Origin: Amoeboradix gromovi X-113
Lineage: Eukaryota > Fungi > Sanchytriomycota
Length of the DNA: 7,089 bases
NCBI GenBank assembly: GCA_018985225.1
Contig: JADGIF010000529.1
Coordinates: 1-7,089 of the forward strand
Direction of reading: 5' to 3'
The notes beneath the pieces are model-generated. The model made no database searches and was not told where the DNA came from. It saw only the letters and a program-made list of their open reading frames with translations. Shown here one piece after another: positions 1-7,089 of this stretch. Every line of letters begins with the position of its first letter. The stretch's first letter is position 1. Position numbers and translations under genes: made by a program.

Positions 1-115
1 TATTTATTCTCCTTTCATACTCGTTAATTCCGCAACTAGCTGAATGTCCACTCGCCTCTTAAATCCATAAAATTAATAAAGCTGAGATAATGTTCAAAGT
101 TGTTACAGAAAGTTA

Positions 116-145
116 GTCCAGTTTTTATATTTGATGTCCCATATG
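116..145 (+). repeat. 30-bp repeat, inverted copy of 6974..7003
   Basis: GTCCAGTTTTTATATTTGATGTCCCATATG vs the reverse complement of 6974..7003, GTCTAGTTTTTATATTTGATGTCCCATATG: 29/30, with 26 consecutive identities (120..145 / 6974..6999). Confidence 0.9.
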
Positions 146-178
146 CTTTCGCACTTTCTCCTTGCAACTTTGACTAAG

Positions 179-1049
179 ATGACGATTGCTTACCATGGCA
201 AGATAAAGAACTTTTCATCGCTAGCAATAGCAGATTTCAATGAGGTAGCAAATATTGATAAAGAGATGCTTCCAGTAAAAACTTATGAAGAACTTTTAAA
301 ATCTGAAAACAAGTATTGTTTTTTAGCTGTTCAAAATTCAAACCACACACTTAGTCAGATCTACAAGATGATTATGGAATATCATTGGAATGTTGTGGGG
401 GAATACTACTGGAATACTCCGTTATCTTTAGTGGGGACTGGAACAGAAGAGCGCAAAATCAAGCATGTCGTTGTGGTGGGCCATATAGCTGGAGTTTGTA
501 GAGAATACTTGGATAATAAGAAATTACACATTATCAATGTAGAAGACACCGCAGAAGCTTGTGAGTATTTAAAAAACACGCCAGATGAGGCTTATGCGGC
601 AATTGTGCCAAGAGTAACTGCATTGCACTATAATCTGAACATCCTCAGTAGTAGAGTTGATGATCCTGATACATTGACAAGATTTTTTTTAGTTAGTAAG
701 TCAAATACCAAATTAAATGGTAGCCAGCCATTTAAAACGACGTTAGTGGTACGCCTTCCAAACAGAACTGGGATTTTGCACAAAGTAATAAACTTTAATT
801 TAGACTGTTGGATGTTTTGCGACAAGAGAAGTCAACATTTGTCAAATCGAGTCCTTTCCAACTACTAAAGCCAACAGTGCGTTTAGCCCATTTGAGCATA
901 TATTCTGCATTGATATTGAAGGCTCCATTCAAGAAGTCAGAGTAAGCAGAGCACTGGAAAATTTGAAAGAATTCTGTACTGAATTGACGGTTCTAGGATC
1001 ATATCCTGTTTATGTTCATGATCAGCCTTTGGCGATGATTGGATTGTAG
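179..1049 (+). CDS. Prephenate dehydratase family protein (PDT catalytic domain plus C-terminal ACT domain), divergent; exons 179..784 and 804..1049, 283 aa
   Basis: Starts MTIAYHG..NFS, like the PDT N-terminal IAYLG..GTFS, and contains the TRF motif (TLTRFFLV) followed by KTTLVV.LPN.TG.L. Removing the 19-nt intron 785..803 restores the ACT domain: TVGCFATREVNICQIESFP...FEHIFCIDIEGS...RALENLKEFCTELTVLGSYP, stop TAG at 1047..1049. ATG 179 was chosen over upstream starts by family alignment from memory. Confidence 0.88.
785..803 (+). other. Spliceosomal intron, 19 nt (GTAATAAACTTTAATTTAG), phase 0
   Basis: GT...AG ends and AT-rich. Removal shifts into the frame encoding the IES.P and GSYP ACT-domain motifs. 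Confidence 0.88.
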
Positions 1050-1092
1050 GCTAATAACAATAAACAGATGTTCGAGTCTCAGAGATTAAATT

Positions 1093-1826
1093 TTACTTTT
1101 TAAGCTGGTTTAAACGATTTTGAAGCATATGAATATCAGTAGCTGTAACTATTGGCTTATCTGTTGAGCTAGAATCACTAAAGTCATCGTAATCTAAAGG
1201 CACTTCCTTTAAAAGTTCTTCTATTTCCTTTGCATTATCTAAAATATCTGAATTTGTAATTATTATCTTAATGTTGAAAGCATCAGCGATTTCTTGACAA
1301 TATCTAACTACAAGATCAGGAGCTAAATTAGAAATATAATACGCGCCCGAGTCATGTCAACAAGCCGCTTTAACTTCGGGTCAAGCTTGGAAATTAGCTC
1401 TGGAGTTTCTACCATTTTTGCGTTCTTTATATGAAATTCATGCTTAGTAAGCGGAACTAACATGTGCTGCAGTCTCAACAGTTCCTGTATGTCTATTAAG
1501 CGAGACGCACTATAAATTAACCCAGCCATAGCTACTAGGCAATTTTCATCAAAGTCTTTTTTAATTATTAGTTGAGACCGTACCAGTAGTAGTTCCAAAT
1601 ATAATTCGATAGTCTCCATTGCCTCTATCAAATAGTCGTCTCTAATAATATATTCTGTTTTTATTTTGGCATGGTTAATTCTATTTTCCTTGAGTAACTG
1701 CGCTATTTCATACCTCTGATTTTGCTGGGTGTTCTTCTTTTTTAAAAATGCGGCTTTTAGTTTATGTTGAATAACTTTTACTTGATTCTGAAATGAATAA
1801 AGCGAGTTCAGTTTACCTTGAAACAT
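1093..1826 (-). CDS. IST1: IST1 homolog (ESCRT-III-associated regulator of Vps4); exons 1826..1343 and 1322..1093, 237 aa
   Basis: N-terminal Ist1 domain (EIAQLL...AKIKTEYIIRDDYLIEAMETIELYLELLLVR; GLIYSASRL). After the 20-nt intron it reads RAPPDLVVRYCQEIADAFNI and ends with a MIM1-like helix DIHMLQNRLNQLKK*, stop at 1095..1093. Confidence 0.92.
1323..1342 (-). other. Spliceosomal intron, 20 nt (GTATTATATTTCTAATTTAG), phase 1
   Basis: GT...AG ends with a CTAAT branch-like motif next to the 3' splice site. Removal restores the conserved P..LV.RY..EIA segment of IST1. Confidence 0.88.
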
Positions 1827-1845
1827 ACGGGACTTGCTATACTCT

Positions 1846-1975
1846 TCGTTAAAAGTCCTGATTTCCGAGAAAATCGAGAATTTTCACAGAGAAACTAGCA
1901 GTGCCACATGCTCCGTTACAGTGATTTCTCACGCTTTCACTATCCTGAGGCTGGATTGAATAGGGATGCAGATAC
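1846..1975 (-). ncRNA. Putative omegaRNA scaffold (copy 1), overlapping the Fanzor C-terminal tail; 5' boundary approximate
   Basis: Lies between RuvC-III and the element end, as established for TnpB/Fanzor omegaRNAs. Several stems are supported by compensatory or wobble-consistent differences relative to copy 2. Confidence 0.7.
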
Positions 1976-2274
1976 TTGATGTATATGTTCCTTGCAGCCA
2001 TATGGTCTCTATCTATCTTCAAATGACAATTTGTACATGTGTATGTTTCTAAATTGGTTTTCTTTAGAGTACCACACCTTGTACATGTCTGACGAGTAAA
2101 TGATTCATTGCATTCGATTATCGTCTTTCCTCTTTGTTTTCACTTGAACTTCAAGCATTCCTTGAATGCGTAATGGGACATTGTGGCCATGTTTCTTGCG
2201 ACCTTGCTTGACAAGCTACTTAGCATCTGGCTCGTATTGAACGAGGGTAAGTATATCAGATCATATGTCTTTGT
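1849..2274 (-). pseudogene. Fanzor2/IS607-type TnpB RNA-guided nuclease, C-terminal fragment (pseudogene)
   Basis: Manual translation: TKTYDLIYLPSFNTSQMLSSLSSKVARNMATMSHYAFKECLKFK*KQRGKTIIECNESFTRQTCTRCGTLKKTNLETYTCTNCHLKIDRDHMAARNIYIKYLHPYSIQPQDSESVRNHCNGACGTASFSVKILDFLGNQDF*. It has RuvC-II with Pro (2247..2245), relocated Glu (2106..2104), a CxxC-CxxC zinc ribbon and RuvC-III DRD (Asp 2007..2005). There is an in-frame TGA at 2142..2140, and the N-terminal half including RuvC-I is absent. Confidence 0.93.
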
Positions 2275-2325
2275 ATGCTGTACCTGCTAATTATTTCTTT
2301 AGCTTTGACATATTCGGGATTACAT
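2274..2325 (-). pseudogene. Possible N-terminal stub of an IS607-family TnpA serine recombinase (MerR-like HTH)
   Basis: ATG(2325..2323), one extra base, then NPEYVKAKEIISRYSI, resembling the first helix of IS607 TnpA HTH domains. It sits at the expected position just inside the left end. Only 16 residues, so the evidence is weak. Confidence 0.4.
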
Positions 2326-3012
2326 CTATTTACTCCATTTACCGTTTGCGTAAAGGAAGAATATCGAGTATTTAAGCTATTGGAAAAGTCTTGGTATTAT
2401 ACAAAAATGCATACAAATTCGCGATAAATGATTTATTCAAGAAAACAATCGAGCAGCTATTTTACTCAAGCAGCATTACTTTTGAGATTTTAATGTAAAG
2501 ATCTGTTTTTCTTTTGAAGTATTTTTAGTATAACTAAGAAGTATGTAACTGCGACCTTAGATCAAAACAAAAATGAAAGTTACTAGGCATATTACCGCGA
2601 TAACAAATTATTGCTATATTTAAGTGAAGCTGATCATCCGTTCACGATGATAAAGTAGGCTTTGCGTTGATGTACATAAACGTTTTAATGATATTGCTAT
2701 TAGCTTGCTCAAAAGTTGAATTAAAAATTTGTTAGTGTACAAATTGAGAACAATTGCTGTATTTCTGGCAGCACCAGTTGAATGAAAGCGGCTAAAATAC
2801 CTTCAACCAAATATATAAAGTTTTTTCATTTTTGGAATGATGTCATGAATAACATTAGGGGTGGACACACCTTAGCAAGCAAAAAACCTGCAATACCAGT
2901 TATGCCTTATCTTAACTTATGATGCTTAGCTATTTACAAAACTTTTGCGTCCACAACATTCAGCTTAGAATTTCTCAATAAATTGCAGTATTCGTAGCTA
3001 TTTAATATGTTT

Positions 3013-6000
3013 TTATTTGCAGTTAAATGTAAACCTACTGTTTCCTAATGAATGCAAATGTATCACATCCATGCTATTCCATTCCAATTTGACACTATTT
3101 ATCAAATCTACCTCTTTCTCTTTTTCGCTTTCATATACATTCGGTGATATCACTAGTGGGCAATCAAAAGCGGCATTCGGGACTATCCTACTTAGATTAC
3201 TTATATCATAATCTTGTGCTTGCTTGTTTTTGTTGCTTACAGCATCCATAGCAGCGCTACTGATTGTTCCAATCAATGTACCTAAAATGCCCAGTCCTGG
3301 CAATGTAGGCTTGTAGCAATAAAGTTTATTCTCTGCATAAGAATAGCTTACTATACTTGATCCATCAAAACTCATTGCCACCGCTGTAACAGTGGATTCG
3401 TGTCCCTATATAAATGCTAAATTACACTCAAAACATACGCCTTGGCGCCACTACTTACATCATATACTATAATCTTACCGTTATTCAATCCTACTGCCAA
3501 CTTGTTAGAGTGCGAATTAAATGCCACACTTGGGTATCTACTTACCATGGCTAGCAACAAATTTTTTATTATTTCATTGAGGCCTTCTCTTAAATGGGGA
3601 CTTCCAGGGTCCAATAGCTTCACTATTATAAATGCTATATCAGGAATTAATGGCTTCATAAATAGGGCATCTTTTGAAATCGTAGTCAATAGCAATTTTA
3701 GAATTGCCAATTTCTCGGTACATTTCTTTACCAGGAACAGATTAGTCTGTAACCTTTTAATGAAGGTACTGGGGTCTATAAAGCAGATGTTGAGCAACGC
3801 TTTTTGTGCGCTATTTGACAAAACTTCCTCTTCTTCGTTATGAGTAATGCTAAGCATATTAAACAAACTGTCCAGTATGTCCTGCTTTTGAATAAATTTA
3901 CTCCAGTACTCATAATCGCTCAAGAACAAATCACAAATAGCAACTCTACCTGAATACTGGGACGGATTAGCCATCTTTAAAATTTTGACAATACAGGGGA
4001 CAAATATAGATGGATCCATGTTAAATTCACTGTATATTATACCCAGCAGAAACAGAGACCTGGCTGTTGTTTTAGTTATCGGTATACTTGCATCTTTCAA
4101 TAGTTGTTCAATTAATTCCATCTTTTCGCGTAACTTGACGTTAATTAATTCCTGGCTCATCAAGGACATCGTCTTGTTAAATACAAATCTGCTAGCCTCT
4201 CTTATTTCATCGTCAGAATCGTTATAAAATCTCAACAGGAAATCAAGGCTTGGCGGATAGTATTCACTGCCTACAAACACAGGCAGTGATTCTAATATGG
4301 TAGACATCACTCGTGAGAACAAAAATTTGTTAGCGCTAGTAAATTCCATGGCTTTCAAAACCGATCCAATTGCTAAGAGCTGTGCACTTGTTAAAAACCC
4401 GCTAGTACACCAACTGTCTAAAGGCGAATCACTTGGTAATAGCAGACTAAGCGCATTGTCCATGCCTGTTATACCTATTGTTAATTTCTTTATTGGGGGA
4501 GCCAAGTTCAATGACTTGCAGTAATCATCGAATTCATCATTGATATGCCAAGGGATTAAGGCACTGCACATCCCGGTTAATATGTCCAGCTCTTCTTCAA
4601 CGTTTAACACAGGTTTGATGTCCCAATTAGTTAAACTAACAGTTAATGAATCATTCTTTTGTTTATGAGTGGTCTTTTTTTTTGATACGCTAGGCTTATT
4701 GAGATGCCCTTGATGTACATTGTGAACTATATTTTTTGTATTTATAATCAACACCTGAGCCAGTAACTTAAAATCACTAGCTGCGCTTATAGGAACTGCT
4801 GATAATTTGCTAAGATTCAATGTACTCAAGTCTTTCTTCCAGCTAACTTTAAAATGCGCATCGCAATGATCTAGAACTTCTCTGCTGTGGTCATTTAATA
4901 TCCTATCTAAATGTGATGTCTGCAGCGACCAGCAATAAGTGCTGCCATCTCTACAGGTAATTAAAAGAAGTGATTCCCTACTTCGCCATCCAATCTCTAT
5001 TATAGGATAGAGCATACCACTAAAACTAAACTTACATTTAAATTCTTTGTAATCTATGATACTAAGCGAATTATCCTCGCTAATTGATATCACGCAATGA
5101 CTTAGGTCAGTAAAATCATTACTGGGCAGTAGAAACTGTATGACATCACCACCCAGGCACGATAGGTTGTTTTTAAGCTTGAATGTGGTTAAATCCCAAA
5201 AGTTGATTTTACAATCTTCTCCACCAGTTATAAGCATATTATGTATGACTAACATGCATGAAACTCTACCTTGGTGCGCCTCAAAGTCAATATCAAAATG
5301 ATCGCTGGTAAATAGCCGACCGATTGTAGTCATTTTGACTCTGCCTTCGTTTGTACCAAAAATAACACGATTTGGAGGGATGAATTCCAAGCACGTGTAT
5401 AGATCAGAAGTAAAATTCCATAAAGGTATCTTAGCTAGCTCAGCATTTGGGTCGTCCAATGGCAACTTAAACAAAGCCATCTTCTCGCTAAAAATACCAT
5501 AAAACACATTATCGTTTAAATAACCACCAAATATAGATGGTAATTCGACAGAGTTTATGACGGCCAGTTTAATGTCTAATACATACAGTCTATTGCGGGT
5601 CCATGCAATTATTTGTTTATCATAAAACTGTGCAAAAAGCCATGAACTTCCATCTTCACATTTTAGACTCATTCCAACGTCAAATTTAGAGGTTTCTACT
5701 AGTGAAATGTATTTTTTGCCAATTAGAACTGCGGTACTGTTATCTTTATTTAATGAAATGTGGCTGGCCATATCTCTTCCTTTATCATATTTTTTGACGG
5801 GTTTGAAGTTATCGTAAACAGTTATTGTACCGTGAAATGAAATCTGTACAAGTTGATTTCCAAGTTGAATGCAGGTCAAGCTCCAATCTGAAGTTGCAAT
5901 TTTATTGGTGATCTGTAACGAATAATCTAAAATCACTACCTCATGAGTGTAGCCTCCGACAGCAATAAATTCAGAAGTAGCAGCTATTGTTTTGATGATG

Positions 6001-6302
6001 TGATTAAATACTAATGTTCGCCTAAGCAAATTACCATCATTCGCCCATAGCAACAATTGTCCGTCATGACAGCCACTCAACAGTACGCGTTGGTGTCTGT
6101 GTGATGAGTAGTCGGGAAGAGAAGTGGTGTGGAATGCACTAATCGGAGCAACATGACTAATTAGTAGCAGTTTTAAATCTTGTACGATCATCCCGTTGTC
6201 AAATCCCAAGTATACACATTTATCGTATAATATTGACGTGATCTCATGGTGCGTAGCTGACGAATATAATGCAAATGGGAATATGAGAGAATTTTTAGTC
6301 AT
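3013..6302 (-). CDS. WDR7: WDR7/WDR72-like WD40-repeat protein (rabconnectin-3 beta family); exons 6302..3426 and 3405..3013, ~1089 aa
   Basis: N-terminus MTKNSLIFPFALY...HEITSI matches the WDR7 start. WD40 repeats (AHQGRVSCM...LITGGEDCKINFWDL; ISISEDNSLSII; LLITCRDGSTYCWSLQTSHLDR), PPSLDFL...D..DEIREASR, and VKLLDP...RE are present. The C-terminal propeller is restored across the intron as AYVLS|GHESTVTAVAMSFDGSSIVSYSYAENKL. Confidence 0.9.
3406..3425 (-). other. Spliceosomal intron, 20 nt (GTAATTTAGCATTTATATAG), phase 0
   Basis: GT...AG ends and contains the stop that ends the 967-aa ORF. Removal fuses it in frame to the 122-aa ORF and creates a WD40 GH dipeptide. Confidence 0.9.
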
Positions 6303-6821
6303 TTCCCACCCTTGTCTCAAATTTCTATTTATGAAGTTTCTAAATCAGATAAACTTTAACAAAATGGCGCCAACTGTGAGCCGGAAGTGCTGTGTAGGAT
6401 TTTGGTATAGTTAATCAAATCTCATTTGTTTCATCACGAAGATTTGTGAAAGTTACAATAGTAAAATTATCGTTGGTACATAACCATAATTCTTGCTTCT
6501 TTTGCACTTGATAAATTTGTGAATTGGTTCACATCTCAACAAGATGACTTTTATGACTCGTTAATTGACGGCATTTGTATCTCATGTTGTTATGCAAACT
6601 GTAAAAAAGCGTAATGCAGCTTAATGCGAGTACAACTATGGCGCAAGATTAGATCTCGAGGGAACCAAGAAAATCTGTAGGAGGTCAAAAAGCCTTGAAA
6701 TACCAGTCAAAGGTTAAGAAGAATGAAAAGGTAATGAACACAGGGCGAGTAAAAAAATAGTCTGTAATTCATCTAGAGATGGCTAAAAAGATGAAGATAT
6801 TAGGACCTGATAGTGAGATCC

Positions 6822-6951
6822 TCGTTAAAAGTACAAATTTTTGAGAAAATCGAGAATTCGCACAGAAAAACTAACAAAGAGAGTCGCTCCATTACAGTGG
6901 TTGCTCATGCTTCCACTACCCTAAGGCAGTATTGAGTAGGGGTGCATATAT
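6822..6951 (-). ncRNA. Putative omegaRNA scaffold (copy 2), standalone; 5' boundary approximate
   Basis: Homologous to 1846..1975. The stems CUACUC/GGGUAG, AGUGG/CCACU, AGCG/UGUU and GAUUUU/AAAAUU preserve pairing despite substitutions. Confidence 0.65.
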
Positions 6952-6973
6952 TCAAGTATTTGTTCTATGTTAC

Positions 6974-7003
6974 CATATGGGACATCAAATATAAAAACTA
7001 GAC
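6974..7003 (-). repeat. 30-bp repeat, inverted copy of 116..145
   Basis: Partner of 116..145. It lies between the left-end motif and the right-end segment of copy 2. Confidence 0.9.
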
Positions 7004-7089
7004 AAGTCGAGAACTTCAGAAATTGGAAAAATAGCATTTACGAAATTTCTAATAAATCATCTTTCTATAAATTAAAATTTTGAAGCATT

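Larger units (their letters stand above)
1846..2387 (-). mobile_element. Internally deleted IS607-like/Fanzor2 element (copy 1); right end at about 1846 +/-3, left boundary uncertain (2387 or further out)
   Basis: Contains a Fanzor/TnpB C-terminal coding remnant. Both ends have homologous segments in the second copy: 1846..2005 vs 6822..6980 (123/160 by hand alignment, one gap) and 2364..2387 vs 7007..7030 (19/24). Confidence 0.8.
6822..7030 (-). mobile_element. Miniature non-autonomous derivative of the same IS607/Fanzor2 family (copy 2); left boundary uncertain, may extend toward the window end
   Basis: 6822..6980 aligns to 1846..2005 (98/125 ungapped over 6822..6946, 123/160 overall), and 7007..7030 aligns to 2364..2387 (19/24). 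It has no coding capacity: stops and a frameshift occur in the Fanzor frame. Confidence 0.78.

Noticed and set aside
19-29. ACTCGTTAATT repeated at 6556..6566 and resembling the element end TCGTTAA
   Set aside because: An 11-mer match is expected by chance in 7 kb of AT-rich DNA, and there is no extension.
628-825. 65-aa minus-strand ORF
   Set aside because: Antisense shadow of the PDT gene, with no recognisable motif.
1849-1968. Protein-level selection on the 39-aa Fanzor C-terminal tail
   Set aside because: Between the copies only 7 codons differ synonymously against 14 non-synonymously (one a stop), so there is no clear coding constraint. RNA structure explains the conservation better.
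2140-2142. In-frame TGA in the Fanzor fragment as recoding (Trp, Cys or Sec)
   Set aside because: The fragment is already truncated, the long host ORFs contain no in-frame TGA and encode Trp as TGG, and a single TGY to TGA mutation explains it.
3013-3381. 122-aa ORF as a separate gene
   Set aside because: It is exon 2 of the WDR7-like gene, joined by the 20-nt intron.
3017-4524. Plus-strand ORFs 3017..3211, 3442..3843, 3985..4227 and 4297..4524
   Set aside because: All are antisense to the WDR7-like CDS and show no independent coding signal.
6361-6390. YY1-like (AAAATGGCG) and ETS-like (CCGGAAGTG) motifs upstream of WDR7
   Set aside because: These are short motifs. ETS factors are animal-specific, while the PDT gene argues against an animal host, and nothing else supports them.
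6196-6414. 72-aa plus-strand ORF, and a possible spliced gene from ATG 6364
   Set aside because: It overlaps the WDR7 start antisense. The candidate intron does not match the AT-rich GTAWT...TAG pattern and the product is unrecognisable.
1846-6980. The two direct repeats as LTRs or a CRISPR array
   Set aside because: They are ~77% identical, have no TG...CA ends or retroelement genes between them and no repeat-spacer periodicity, and are explained as Fanzor right ends.

Overview
AT-rich, gene-dense eukaryotic DNA in the standard genetic code, probably from a small-genome protist or early-diverging fungus (inference). Three host genes each carry one ultra-short (19-20 nt) GT-AG intron: a divergent prephenate dehydratase (+, 179..1049), the ESCRT-III factor IST1 (-, 1826..1093) and a WDR7/WDR72 (rabconnectin-3 beta-like) WD40 protein (-, 6302..3013). 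The ORF track misses the main accessory feature, two related minus-strand mobile-element remnants of the IS607/Fanzor2 (eukaryotic TnpB, RNA-guided nuclease) type. Copy 1 (~2387..1846) is internally deleted. It keeps a probable left-end motif, a possible stub of the TnpA HTH, and the C-terminal ~140 codons of a Fanzor (Pro-substituted RuvC-II, relocated Glu, CxxC...CxxC, DRD..AARNI, one in-frame stop), and it ends ~20 nt upstream of the IST1 ATG. Copy 2 (~7030..6822) is a ~210-bp miniature with only the left-end motif and the right end. The two right ends are ~77% identical and show compensatory base-pair changes, which points to an omegaRNA scaffold, each followed by a different flanking guide. 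A 30-bp piece inside copy 2 recurs, inverted, at 116..145.
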